From Octopus bimaculoides (taxonomy: Eukaryota): a stretch of 64,000 nucleotides of DNA. The notes under the pieces were generated by a model. That model was given only the letters and a program-made list of their open reading frames with translations. It was not told the DNA's origin and ran no database searches. Location: NCBI RefSeq assembly GCF_001194135.2, contig NC_068983.1, positions 25,237,921-25,301,920 of the forward strand, written 5' to 3'. Below, piece after piece: positions 1-13,298 of the stretch. The translations under genes and the position numbers were made by a program. Every line of letters starts with the position of its first letter. Positions within the stretch are counted from its first letter, which is position 1.

Positions 1-178
1 AGAGCCACTTATTTGTACACTTAATTACCTTTGATAAACGTGCTCCGGTTAATTATAATAAAACTAATAGGATATCAGTTTTAATGAATGGAAATCCAGT
101 AATTATAATTCAGAGCGAATAAGTTCAGGAAAACTGCAGATCAAGCTTGAAATATGGCGAAATAAATTAATATATATA

Positions 179-257
179 NNNNNNNNNNNNNNNNNNNNNN
201 NNNNNNNNNNNNNNNNNNNNNNNNNNNNNNNNNNNNNNNNNNNNNNNNNNNNNNNNN
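179..257. other. Assembly gap (first of 12 N-runs; others 3539-4000, 11808-12355, 14134-14770, 18442-18451, 25169-25388, 41926-42579, 43342-43498, 50953-51273, 54674-54758, 56892-57024, 59065-59074)
   Basis: Runs of N, mostly bordered by TA/TAA/TG microsatellites, typical of short-read scaffolds. Confidence 0.99.
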
Positions 258-302
258 ATATAAACGAATAAACACATACATATATATATATATAACTACT
301 TA

Positions 303-1504
303 TACAAGATGTATAAGGTATTTGAGGACATACCTTTTTGGGGTCATTGCTGCATTTTTGCTAACTCGGTATAATCTTTGCTGCAGAAAATAATGGCAGA
401 CCCTCACCTTACTCAAGAAATGAATTGGAATGCGATTATTATGATTATAAGGGCTTGTGATATATAAGTTGCCAGATCTTTCGTCAACAAAATTTGTAAG
501 GAGCTAGAAATAGAAGATGGAAAGGTATCACTAATATCAAAGTATTAAAAAGCATTCTAAACGCTCTGAAATCATTAGAACACCTTAATGTATCCACCAA
601 GTTCAACAGGCCATTGATTACAATCCCAGAAAATCCATGAGGTCAATTGCAGAAGATCTCCATGTGTCGGAAGGAAGAGTCAAAAATGTCCACGAAGACA
701 TCAGATATAAGTCTTACATGATGAGGAAAGGTCAATTTGTCAGAAAAGACAAAAAAAAAATCACTTCATTAGATCTAAAAGTCTCTTAAACGAACTAAAA
801 ATCCAGCAGAAGGTTTAATTTGGTAAACGAGAAAAACGTGGGCCAAGATCAAAAGGTTAAGAGAAGAAATGACAGATTATTATGTGCAGATCCTTTTAAA
901 GTTCCAAGTGTGATGCGTACAAAATTACCTGCAACTGTTATGGTTTTAGGGGTTGTCAGCAATGAAGGACATGTGATACCTCCTTACTTCTTTCTACAAG
1001 GCCGTTAACTCTACCGCCTTCCAGGTCCATTGAGGTCTTGGAAGTAATTGTTAAGCTCTGGATACACAGTGTATGCAATGGAATGCCATATGTGCTTCTG
1101 TAATATTCTGCACTATCACACATGGCTCTAGTAACACAGGAATGGATGGCTGAAAATTCTCATGATCACATGACCCCTAACATTTGGCCTCCTAATTCCC
1201 CGGATCTCAATCCATTAGAATATTACATGTAGAGCGTTGTTGAGAGAGGAGTCAATGAACACATCCATAACACCAAAGATTCCTTGAAAGCTGCCAAAGT
1301 CAGGACCACTTGATTCGAGTATGTAGATGGTTTAGATCTTATATAGAAGCTGTTGTTGAAACTGAAGTTGGCTTTATTGAATAACATTATAGAGAAGAAG
1401 GTTTATTTTTATCCTCATGGCATTTTTTGATAAATAAAGTTACCTGTTATTATATATCTTTTTTTTTATAGACATAAATTTGTCCTCAAATATCTTACTC
1501 TGTA
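303..1504 (+). mobile_element. Tc1/mariner superfamily, maT/DD37D (Bmmar1-like) element, degenerate transposase
   Basis: Degenerate TIRs (left TACAAGATGTATAAGGTATTTGAGGACA; right reverse complement TACAGAGTAAGATATTTGAGGACA) flanked by TA at 301-302 and 1505-1506. Remnant motifs TKLPATVMVLGVVSNEGHVIPPYFF (ORF 820-1008) and WPPNSPDLNPLEYY (~1184-1227). Multiple stops and frameshifts. Confidence 0.85.
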
Positions 1505-4035
1505 TATACATGTGTGTGTATGATTGTATTAATGTACCATATGCATATATGAATTCTTATATACGAATATGTAAATCTATGTGTACAGCTCTCTATCACC
1601 GTTTATGTGTGTGTTTATAAATATACATTAAGATACATACACTCACACACACGCAAACCTGCGCATTCACATACATACATATGTGCATATGTAAATGTAT
1701 ATTATGCACGAAGGGACAGAGCATCAACAACATAAATAAAGTTCGAGATACTTCAGGAATTATTGCTTATTCTATTAACTTGGTTATATGATTAATTTTC
1801 ATTTGAAGCTAATCATTAAGAAAGCTATTGATACAGAATTCGTTATTGAAATTGGATGTCTTTAAAAAGAGCGTAATCTTCTCAAATATAGCATAGAAGA
1901 AGTCTTTGATCTCTAAATCTACAGAGCATTGTGTGCCATTTATAAACATATTTAAGTAACACTTAATAACACTTCTGTATATGAAGTTATTTAAGCGCTT
2001 CACTTTCTTTCAAACTCATAAATATAGCTCAGTCTCAAAATTCTGCAATCCTAGCCGCATAATGACACATTCCTTTTGAAATAATCAGAAACCAAAAAGG
2101 AAATGTTTAGCGTGGGCCATTATATGTTACCCCCTTCGGAATTGAAATTGTTTGTAAGAATTTGTCTAACAAAGCCTCTGTAAGTGCTTCTTATATTTGT
2201 GGTCATGCCGATTTGTTGAAACCACACGTGCAACGCATGAATGATACATTTGTTCATTTCATGAAAATGAAGATATGCGATATTAGCACTTAGAAATCAG
2301 AAATCAGTGGTACAATTTGTTTTCCTCCAATAAAATAGAACGAAATAATGGGCTTATTAGAACAATTGTAGTAATACGTCTTTATTTTTAACACTTTTTC
2401 AGTGAAAACAGCATTCATGTGATTGTCATGGAGTTCGGTCTGAACATTTGTGGTTATCTTGCTCATTTCAACCAGACTGATAGCAATGCCCCTCGCCACC
2501 ACACAGAATAAATTCGTTATTTGCACACGTTGCTATTATGTACTTCTGAAAACATTTTCCAGGCCCAATAATTTTTCACATGCACAATAATATTCTTTTC
2601 AATATTAAAAATCAATCCAGGCGGGAATATCTTTCTCACTCTCCAATTTGAAATGTCTACTGTATTATCTTTCTTTCGAGCAAAAATCATCGAGCAAAAA
2701 TTCACGAGGATCGTCAATATACCAGACACAATAACTAGTAGAGTTTGAGAGTTCACAGAAGCCCTGATTCTTATATTTATAATGCTAAATCGAGCAACAA
2801 CAAATTTACTACCATGCTCCATTTCTAAGGCGAAATTTCATTTACATTTTGACCTTCTCAAAAACCTTCGACAAATAATGTATTAAATACTTTTAAATGT
2901 TGGAGACACCACTACAATTTTATACTTACAGGTACATGAAAATGTAGAAAATCTCAAAACAGATAATTTGACATTCACTACTAAAGTCGATCCTTTATCA
3001 GCTGTAATGAATGTTTTCATGAGACAAAGAAGTCGCTGTTAGATTAAAATTAACAAAGGCCTTCACAAACATATTTTCTCTGTTATTATGAGCAAACACA
3101 TTCATGTTGAGAGTTAAATAAAACTTTAAAAACCGGCAATTTTTTTTTTCTTGTTTTAGTCATTGAATTGCGACCATGCTGTAGCGTCTGCTTGACAGGA
3201 TTAGTTCAACAAATTGACTTTTTAAAGTTTAATAATTATTTCTTCTGTCCCTTTTGCTGGAATTCTAAATTACGGGGTATGTAAAAAAAACTGATTTTCA
3301 AGTGATGCGACAGCAAACACAAAGACAAGAACACACGCGTTCATTTGTAGCTACCTAGCTACCTACCTACCTACCTACCTACATACATACATACATACAT
3401 ACATACATACATACATGCATACATTCATATAAGTATCAATCTATATATAATAACAATAATTATATATTATCTAATAATATATGCTCCATTTAAAGCGACT
3501 AAACCTAAATAATAGACCGAAAAAAGATGAGCCGTATANNNNNNNNNNNNNNNNNNNNNNNNNNNNNNNNNNNNNNNNNNNNNNNNNNNNNNNNNNNNNN
3601 NNNNNNNNNNNNNNNNNNNNNNNNNNNNNNNNNNNNNNNNNNNNNNNNNNNNNNNNNNNNNNNNNNNNNNNNNNNNNNNNNNNNNNNNNNNNNNNNNNNN
3701 NNNNNNNNNNNNNNNNNNNNNNNNNNNNNNNNNNNNNNNNNNNNNNNNNNNNNNNNNNNNNNNNNNNNNNNNNNNNNNNNNNNNNNNNNNNNNNNNNNNN
3801 NNNNNNNNNNNNNNNNNNNNNNNNNNNNNNNNNNNNNNNNNNNNNNNNNNNNNNNNNNNNNNNNNNNNNNNNNNNNNNNNNNNNNNNNNNNNNNNNNNNN
3901 NNNNNNNNNNNNNNNNNNNNNNNNNNNNNNNNNNNNNNNNNNNNNNNNNNNNNNNNNNNNNNNNNNNNNNNNNNNNNNNNNNNNNNNNNNNNNNNNNNNN
4001 GAACACACACATACATATATATATATACATATATA

Positions 4036-4200
4036 CGACGGGCTTCTTTCAGTTTCCGTCTACCAAATCCACTCACAAGGCTTTGGTCGGCCCAAGGCTA
4101 TAGTAGAAGACACTTGCACAAGATGCCACGCAGTGGGACTGAACCCGGGACCATGTTGTTGGTAAGCTAGCTACTTACCACACAGCCACTCCTACGCCTA
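4036..4200 (-). mobile_element. tRNA-derived SINE, family B
   Basis: Minus strand: A-box-like TGGCTGTGTGG, B-box GGGTTCAGTCCC, then GCAAGTGTCTTCTACTATAGCC...GGATTTGGTAGACGGAAACTGAAAGAAGCCCGTCG. Same sequence recurs at ~42615 (+). Confidence 0.85.
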
Positions 4201-4210
4201 TATATATATA

Positions 4211-4902
4211 ATTTAGAGAAGAACTGTCAATATACAATTCAAATAATTAAAGAGTTTAATCACCTTCCAGGAAAACGTACTCTATAAAATACTAATTTAA
4301 AAGTCTATAAGATCAACAAGAAACGTATAAAAATCTATAAAATGCTAATCTAAAAATTTAATTAAACATGAAATTAAATTAATAAAATAAAATGTAATAG
4401 GTTAACTACGCGCGTTTCGTGGCTACATTAAAGCAGAAAAAATGAATACAATTCAAAATAAATTGATTTAGATTAAATTCTACTGAAAAATATTGTCACT
4501 CTTCAGGTCTATAATAAAATAAAAATTCATATTACGTATCATACCACATAATTAATAAAAATATCAGTACATCTAGAAAAACTCTTGTTAGTACAATAAA
4601 TGAAATGAAAGCATTTAATAATAATAATACTTAACGCTAAAGGCATAATTTATCTACTAAAATAGTAACTGTGGTCTAAGAGTAATCATCTATTATGAAA
4701 AGAAATAAATGTAAAAAAAATAGTGTTATTCAATAAATAAATGCGAACGTTGAACAATGTTAATAAAATTAAAGGCATGACTTATCTTATCGTCGAACCA
4801 CTGTGAAATCAGATTTTAAATTTAATGCGTAAAATTTATAAGAAATTTATCACGTGGACTCTTTCATTGTTTGAATTATATATTGGCGGTTCTTCTCTAA
4901 AT
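4211..4902. mobile_element. Probable Penelope-like remnant bounded by 45-bp inverted tails
   Basis: 4211-4255 and 4858-4902 are inverted repeats (5 mismatches in 45 bp). An HHR-like core lies between them. No ORF recognised. Confidence 0.45.
4404..4510 (-). ncRNA. Hammerhead-ribozyme-like motif with very long loop II
   Basis: Minus strand AGAC-CUGAAGA-GUGAC...(~71 nt)...GCCAC-GAAA-CGCGCG-UA/GUU. Palindromic stem III ACGCGCGU; stem I only 3 bp. Confidence 0.45.
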
Positions 4903-4991
4903 CATATTTATATACATATATTATATATTGTGAAATTCAATTTGGTATTACTAAACTGAATATTCCTCTAAGTTTCGATTTATACATTCCC

Positions 4992-5025
<34 letters not shown>

Positions 5026-6369
5026 CGATGTGCTTCCACATCGAACCGAGGCATTTGCTTAAAGTATATCACATAAGATTGAATCCGAAACCGTGAGGTT
5101 GCAAAACGTACTTCTTAACTTAATCTAAGGTTTATATCTAACCAGAGTTAACTTCAATTCATTATGGCAAATTTGCACTCGTTTCACCAATCTGTAAGCG
5201 AACATGCTCTATCTAAGCTCAACAAATCTACTCTGTCAATGTACAATCGCGATCTCTATCTTTGCTCTAGCCTATGTCTTTCAATTTTTTAAACTTCTGT
5301 TAATTTCTTTCAACATAGAACGTCAAACGAAAAAAGGGGGAAAGATAAAAAAAAAAATGAAGAGAAAAACAGTGGTGTATGTAGAATTAGTGTAATAATG
5401 ATTATTGTTCTATTAACATAACCTAATGCGTAATGATTCACAAATCTTCAGTCATATATGCATTAATAGGGTTGAACTTAAACAATCACCCACACAAAAT
5501 GCACCCAACTTACATATACAGGCGGATGTGCACAAATATAAATAATTATATGAGCCGGTGTATGTATGTTTGTTTGTGGTTGAGTAGACACGAGCAGAAG
5601 AAATTTCCTAGAATATCGAAGGTAGAATATAAATGATGATTTATTCATAAATTTACATAGAAAATAATGGTATATATGTTAAAGATAAGAATGGTTATAA
5701 TACATATAAACATATATACACTGAGACACATGCTTACATTCACGCACACACATTCTACACGATCTTATGCATAGAAATACCCATACTCCATCCTATATGT
5801 TCACACAAATATATATGTATATATGTGTGTATACATATATAAATACGTACATATATATATATATGCACACAAATATAAGTATTATGTACTCGTATGTAAG
5901 TATGTATATGTATGTGTGTGTGTGTGTATGTATGCATCCTCTATATTCATATGCACAAGATGTGTACGTATAAAGACACATGTGCAAATAAATTTTATAC
6001 TCACACAGTGAAGCCCAGACACGTCTAACAAAAAAGAATATCGTATATATTATACATATCTAATCACTCAAATGCTGCGCACAAACACACACGAACAAAC
6101 CTACACACATACACACCCACCCACACAAATATATATGCTTCTTTCGTTTTCTTTATAAATTATTTATAGCAGAAGCTAGCAAATATGCCATCTCCAATTC
6201 TTCTTGGGAATGAGTTATCTTTTACCGTATGACTTTCAATCCCATTTCAAGAAATCTTAAGTTCAATATGCCTATACAAATGCATACTTCCAACTTACAT
6301 ACAGTCAAACACAAACAAATGAAATACACACACTTACGCAGAGACACCCACACAGACACAGACACAAAC

Positions 6370-6712
<343 letters not shown>

Positions 6713-6826
6713 TAGCTTGACGCTGTTCATCATTTTTCTAGTCCTTTCCATCTCCCTTAGCATATTGGTCAATTACTTCGCTCCTTCCATTCTAACCTGC
6801 TTGTGAACAGAATGATTGTAATAACA

Positions 6827-7320
6827 ATTTCTTTACTGGCCACAAGGGCCTACACAAAAAGAAAAAGGACACTGCACAAAATAAACAAGGCACAGAGGGG
6901 TTTAGACAATACGTGTAAATAGTAAATATACAAAACTAATTAACAATTGAGTTCAAACAATTATATTCTCCAATAGGGGAAATTCAAAAAGGTGGGTCCA
7001 AGGAAAGCCCACATACCATGGACACCTCGATCACACAGGGAAGCACCCCTCTTCTCTTCACCCTCCCCAGCCTACATGCCCATACTTAGTAGCCCATTCA
7101 CATGGTCTATCCTCGCCACATTCACCCACCTTTCACCATACTTACTGGGTGACAGCATCTCCCACTCTACCCTCATCTTCCTTTTCTGGTGGAACTTGAA
7201 GAAGTTAATGAGTCCTTGGCCGAAGAGCAAAGTGCCTATCTTCAGCCATTTCAAACGCGTCCACCACACCACTCCTTTCACCATAGGCACCAGACAGAGA
7301 AAAACTGCCTGACCTTCCGG
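6827..7320 (-). mobile_element. 5'-truncated LINE 3' end, probably L1/Tx1 clade
   Basis: Minus-strand peptide VFLCLVPMVKGVVWWTRLK...FFKFHQKRKMRVEWEMLS...ERWVNVAR resembles Tx1/L1 ORF2 C-termini. Followed by a 3' UTR ending GTGTAGGCCCTTGTGGCCAGTAAAGAAAT. Confidence 0.55.
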
Positions 7321-7878
7321 CATTAACGATATAAGAGTATATCTGAAGCTTTTGTGAATAACAATTGCCGAACTTACCAGTCAGTGAGATCGAAGGCAAC
7401 ATTTTCTTCAGCCACACGTGAGAAATATTGCACCTATATATACATATATACATACATAATATGCTAAAATGATCCGTTGGAGCAGCATATATTTAGAATA
7501 CTTGATGAAAAAGCTTTCAGTGATTGTTCATAATTTCATTATTTTCAGCTGTTATTTACATTAAAAAGAAACATCATTATTATCATAATTATATAGTTAA
7601 GATACATAATTAATATAAATTAATTTAAATTAAATAAATTTTAAGCAATATTTATACGAAACTATCAGGAATATTACGGGTTATGGTAATCATAGATCTA
7701 AATATTCCTAAAAACTTCGAATAAACGTAGCTTTAAATTCATTTAATTTAAAGTATAATATATTAATTATTTATTTATCTTAATTACGCAATTACGAGAT
7801 TAATGATGTTTACTTCCAATGAAATAACAGTGGAATGTAATTAAATTATGAGCTAGTTGTGAAATTTATGCTTTACTG

Positions 7879-7956
<78 letters not shown>

Positions 7957-8213
7957 TTATAAATGCTCATGTTTATTTATATATATACAGTCATGTATAT
8001 AATAATGTAGTATATATTTTTGTATAGATTAGCTTGATTGTAATGTATATACATACATGTATTTCGGATAGCCTAAACATTTTCTGATCTCAAAATCAGT
8101 TTAACAGCATCGGTTAGATATAATGTAGTCCATTAAATATTGACAGTCTTCTCTGAGATTCGTCCATGGATATTCAAGTTTTTGAAGAAGATCTGTGATA
8201 AGTATAAAAACTC

Positions 8214-8624
8214 CAAGCTAGCAGAATCTTGTACACCTGACAAAATGATTAGCGGCTTTCCCTCCGCCTTTACACGTTTAGAGTTCAAATTCCAGTAGAG
8301 TCGAGTTTATTTTTATCCTTTCGGGGGTCGATAAAAATAAGTACCAGCTGAGCACTGGGGTCGCTGTAATCGATTTACTCTCTGCCTCAAAATCTCTAGC
8401 TGTGTGCAAAATTTGAAACCAGTTTACAGACAGGAATCTGGCAGAATAGTTAGTTTGCCGGACAAAATGCTAACCGATATTTCGTCCGTCTTTACATTCT
8501 TAGTTTAAGTTCCATCAGGGTTGACTTTACTCTTCATCCTTTCGGGGTCGATAAAATAAGTACCCGCTGAGAACTGGTTCGTTTAAATTAACTTACTCCC
8601 CACCCCGAAATTACTCGCTTTATG
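8214..8624 (+). mobile_element. Two tandem copies of tRNA-derived SINE family A (8214-8422, 8431-8624)
   Basis: Both show GCAGAAT..TTAG head, GAGTTCAAATTCC-like B box and TTCATCCTTTCGGGGTCGATAAAATAAGTACC core, shared with many other copies in the window. Confidence 0.85.
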
Positions 8625-9011
8625 GGTTGTTAAATGCAGCAGCGAATACTTTAGATTAAGTTAACTGATCCATGTTGCTGGAGCGATAGTAGGTGTTTAT
8701 GCAACCTGGTTGGAGCAACTAGACGCGGGTATATGATATTAGATAACTTGAAATATCCGATAACTTCAGTTCATACCAATAATGATGCAATGCGTCACTT
8801 TTAGGAAGATATCTTACTCACACGTGTACACATTCACACACACATACACACGCAAACGCACACATATTCTACGCACATACACACATACACACGCAGACTT
8901 TCTCGTCACCTCACTCTTTCTACATACATGCATGCATACATACATACAAACCATCTGTAATCATCCTGACTGTATATTAGGGGCTGGTGTCAACTAATTC
9001 CCTCACAGGAA

Positions 9012-9190
9012 AAGCAGTAAAATGTGACAACCGATGCAGACTTTGTGAAGCTAACATTAAGGATATCATCCACAGTTGTGCTTATGTCATCATGGTATTA
9101 TCTACCAATATGACATGTTGTAGCTAGGAAACTATGTACCGAAAATCGATCGGAAGGATTAACCGCGGACGAAGAAATAAGAAACCACAA
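9012..9190 (+). mobile_element. Degenerate RLE-type LINE (R4/Dong-like) CCHC zinc-knuckle fragment
   Basis: Translates to KCDNRCRLCEANIKDIIHSC and then a frameshifted YYLPI*HVVARKL, matching the CRxC..H..C...RHD pattern seen at 24880-24960. Confidence 0.45.
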
Positions 9191-9248
9191 TAGGATTGAA
9201 GCCATAACCGCTCATAATAAAAAGGAATACGTATGTATATAACTATAT

Positions 9249-9312
9249 GCATAGGATACGAACCCATATCTCTTTATTCTCGCGACACGTGTGCTAACCA
9301 TTTACACCAACG
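9249..9312 (-). mobile_element. tRNA-like (Pol III A/B box) head, unassigned SINE or PLE
   Basis: Minus strand TGGTGTAAATGG (A-like) and GGTTCGTATCC (B-like) with tRNA-like spacing. Single copy in the window. Confidence 0.35.
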
Positions 9313-9470
9313 TACAACCTCGCAACCTCGCTTCTTATCGTCAGATTTAAGAACTATAATTAGTTCGTAGTCTTGTTTTTGTAAACGAACTTCATGGGTT
9401 TTTTTCTGCGATGGTTTTTTTTTTGTAAGCAGCATCGATTTTGACAATTCTGTAAATAATACTAATAATA

Positions 9471-10756
9471 TCAGGTCTTCCCATAAGTTCTGTCCGATTT
9501 TATCTTTTTTAAAATTGAATGAAATTTAATAGTATTTTAGAATGTCGAATGGAATTAAACATGATTTTTATGCATTTGTATACATTTAACCTAATTAAAT
9601 ATTATTTTACAGAATGATAGAATTAAAATTTCTTTGATTAAAACCCTTTCTAACATAGAAATACCCAAAGAGCATTTGATGCACATAATGCTTTATGAGT
9701 ACAAAAAAGGAAACTCTGCAGCGGAAGTGACTCGAAACATACACTCAGTTTAAGGGAAAGAATGCTTGAATGAAAGAACTTGTAGAAGATGGTTTGCAAA
9801 ACTCAGAAGTGGAGATTTCAGCCTTGAAGATGGAGATCGAACAGGACATCCTGTTGAAGTTGATGATAAGCTCCTTGAGGCATTACTTGAAGAAAATCCT
9901 GCATTATCAGTTGAAGAATTGGCAATAAAGCTTAGTTCAAACCATACAATTGTCCATCGTCATCTTCAACAACTTGGAAAGGTTCCTAAACTTGGAAAAT
10001 GGGTGCCTCATGAATTGTCAGAAAGCAACCGCAAATCCCGAGTTGACATCTGCTCTTCTCTCCATTCTCACGAACTCATCTCACCCTTTTTGGATAGACC
10101 TGTGACTGGTGATGAAAAATAGATCTACTGTCGAAATGTTAAACGTTGTAAACTTTGGCTTAGTAAAAGGGAAAAAGCTCAACAGAACCAAGAATGGAAC
10201 TTCATGGGAAGGAGGTTCTTCTCTCCATCTGGTGGGATTGCAAAGGAATAATTCACTTTGAATTGTTACCACCTAATGCAACAATCAATGGTCAAGTCTA
10301 CTGTCAGCAATTAGAGCGTTTGAACCAAGCTTTGAAGAAAAAAAGATCCGCTTTAGTTAATCGAAAAGGAGAGATCTTTCATCAGGACAATCCGCGACCC
10401 TACACTGCAAAAATCACATCATAGAAGATCGAAGAGCTTGGTTGGGAAAAATTTCTCATCCACCTTATTCCCCCGACGTCGCTCCTTCAAACTACCATTT
10501 GTTTCGTAGTTTACAGAATCATTTGGAGGACATAACTTTCGCAAGCCAGGAGGAGGTCAAAACTGGCATTTCAGAGTTCTTCGCTTTGAAACCAAAAGAG
10601 TTTTACATTAATGGGATTAAAAAGCTTGTAAATAGATGGAAGGAAGTCACAGATAATCAGGGAAAGTACATTGATGATTAAATTTCAATTAAATATAACA
10701 TTTGATCACTTGATTTCTTTATTCAAAATTCGTACAGAACTTATGGGATGACCTGA
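9471..10756 (+). mobile_element. Full-length mariner (DD34D) transposon, 1286 bp
   Basis: TIRs TCAGGTCTTCCCATAAGTTCTGTCCGA and (reverse complement) TCAGGTCATCCCATAAGTTCTGTACGA. TA TSD at 9469-9470 and 10757-10758. Confidence 0.95.
9655..10681 (+). pseudogene. Mariner transposase pseudogene
   Basis: WVPHEL, TGDEK*, HQDNPRP and YSPDVAPSNYHLFRSL motifs spread over ORFs 9766-10122, 10194-10424 and 10442-10681; in-frame stops and frameshifts. Confidence 0.92.
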
Positions 10757-12611
10757 TAGTATTTTATAAGCTTAAAACTTATAAGCGATCACCGTGCAAT
10801 GACTAAAGAACATAATCTAATAAGGGTCATATAGGCCCTGAAAAACTTACTTTTTTCCCTCAAGAGCTTATTTCCCTTAAAGGTAAGCTCACAATTATAT
10901 AGTAAGTTATTCTCCCTAATCGTTATTTTTTGGCATTAGTTTGAAATTGTATATTCTAACTCTTTTTCAAGTTCATTATCGAAACTTGTATGTTTCCGCG
11001 AAATACATTCCGCTATTCATTTGTTTTAAATTATAGGACCTGGTGTATTATCAAAGGAGAGCGACATGTCTATATGCCAAATAAAAGAATTCATAAAACA
11101 TACACTTATAATTACGAATTAAAATAAGGCGTTCTTTCAAAGTGAACTGCATTATCTGAGTCTAAAACCATCTCGAAATTTTTGTGGATTAATGGTTTGT
11201 TTTAGAGGAAAAGATTTATGAAATTTAGGACTGGATTCTACATCTCCAATGACAGATGTATGCAATGTTATTATCTAATATATTTTTAAAATTCTTCATT
11301 ATGCATATTGCAGATAACTGAAGAAATAGTATAGAGTCAAGCGAATCTATTTCCGTCAACGAGTTACATAATTCTCAATGCCCCACTGCGGCTCTTTATG
11401 AAGAATTATTATAGTTACAGATTTGGAGCAAGCCACTATATGATGCAGAAGCTTAACTGCTCAAATGTTATTTCTATGGGGTCGATGAATATCAATGTAA
11501 TACCGAGACGAAGTAATCGACTATTTAAAAAAAAAAATTAACTGTAAAGTCATTTATGGTTAGAAATAGACACGTATATTGACTTTGTTTAAGCTCAAAG
11601 TAAATTTTGGAAAGTAATTGAATGTAGCTAGCTTGTTATTCTTCTTTAGTCCCACAAAAGCTGTTATCGAGCTGACATATGATCGAAGACTTTCCAACAA
11701 TCAACAATCCTGTAATTTTTAGATGCACATCTATACACACGCACATATATTTATATGTGCGTGTGTGTGTATACATATACATGTATATGTATATATATAT
11801 ATGTATANNNNNNNNNNNNNNNNNNNNNNNNNNNNNNNNNNNNNNNNNNNNNNNNNNNNNNNNNNNNNNNNNNNNNNNNNNNNNNNNNNNNNNNNNNNNN
11901 NNNNNNNNNNNNNNNNNNNNNNNNNNNNNNNNNNNNNNNNNNNNNNNNNNNNNNNNNNNNNNNNNNNNNNNNNNNNNNNNNNNNNNNNNNNNNNNNNNNN
12001 NNNNNNNNNNNNNNNNNNNNNNNNNNNNNNNNNNNNNNNNNNNNNNNNNNNNNNNNNNNNNNNNNNNNNNNNNNNNNNNNNNNNNNNNNNNNNNNNNNNN
12101 NNNNNNNNNNNNNNNNNNNNNNNNNNNNNNNNNNNNNNNNNNNNNNNNNNNNNNNNNNNNNNNNNNNNNNNNNNNNNNNNNNNNNNNNNNNNNNNNNNNN
12201 NNNNNNNNNNNNNNNNNNNNNNNNNNNNNNNNNNNNNNNNNNNNNNNNNNNNNNNNNNNNNNNNNNNNNNNNNNNNNNNNNNNNNNNNNNNNNNNNNNNN
12301 NNNNNNNNNNNNNNNNNNNNNNNNNNNNNNNNNNNNNNNNNNNNNNNNNNNNNNNTATATATATATATATATATATATATGTAGGTATGTACGTATATGT
12401 ATGTATATACGCATATATTTATAAATTATTTATATTATTATATGATGGAACGCTACGCATCCTTTTCCAAGTAATTGTTATCTTAATAATTACGATGCGC
12501 ACACTTATTCTATCTCTTATCTGTCTATCTATTTCCCTCTCTTGTAATTCTTCCTTTCTGTTTTTCTCTCCCATCCTTTCCCTATTCTTCTCCTTTCCCC
12601 TTCACCGTTCC

Positions 12612-12672
<61 letters not shown>

Positions 12673-12694
12673 ACTCTTCCTCTTTGACGGTCTC

Positions 12695-12790
12695 GACAAA
12701 CTAAATTGTTTTAATGTTGACAAACTAAAATGTTTCACTGTTGACAAATTAAAATGTTTCAATGTTGATAAATTAGCATGTTCTAAACAG
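12695..12790. repeat. 24-bp minisatellite, 4 imperfect units (GACAAACTAAAATGTTTCAATGTT)
   Basis: Units start at 12695, 12719, 12743 and 12767, just after a (CT)n tract. Confidence 0.85.
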
Positions 12791-13140
12791 AAGGTGCAAG
12801 TTTGAATATTGATAGCAGTCAATAAAATTAAAACTGCATACCAATTTGTTTGAATGTATAGAGTTCATTAATTTCAGTGGTCGTCGACAAGTCATACTGA
12901 AAAAAAAAACAAGTGCGAAATGAAAGTTAAAACAACAAAAAAAAAACGGGAATGTGTTTTACAGTTTCTCTGATCCTCTTCTAATAGACGCTTTTGCTTG
13001 TAGTGGTATGTTTTGGGATCAGCTGAATTTATAATTTTTTTTTTCAGCGAGCGGATCTGATTTTAAATTCGTTAAAAATCTGGTGACGTTTTTTTATTCC
13101 GTGGTCAAGCTTGTCGTTCTGCTTCGTTGGTTTCCTTGTG

Positions 13141-13210
13141 GATACAGTCGATTGATCGACTATCCCCCTCGCCGAAAATTTTCTGGCCTTGTGCGTATTG
13201 TAGAAAGGAT
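13141..13210 (+). mobile_element. SINE family A 3' tail fragment
   Basis: GTCGATTGATCGAC...GGCCTTGTGCG..GTAGAAAGGAT followed by (TTG)/(ATT)n, as in full copies. Confidence 0.7.
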
Positions 13211-13219
13211 TGTTGTTGC

Positions 13220-13298
<79 letters not shown>

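Noticed and set aside
12695-12790. CRISPR-like array
   Set aside because: Units are directly adjacent with no spacers; eukaryotic context; no cas genes.
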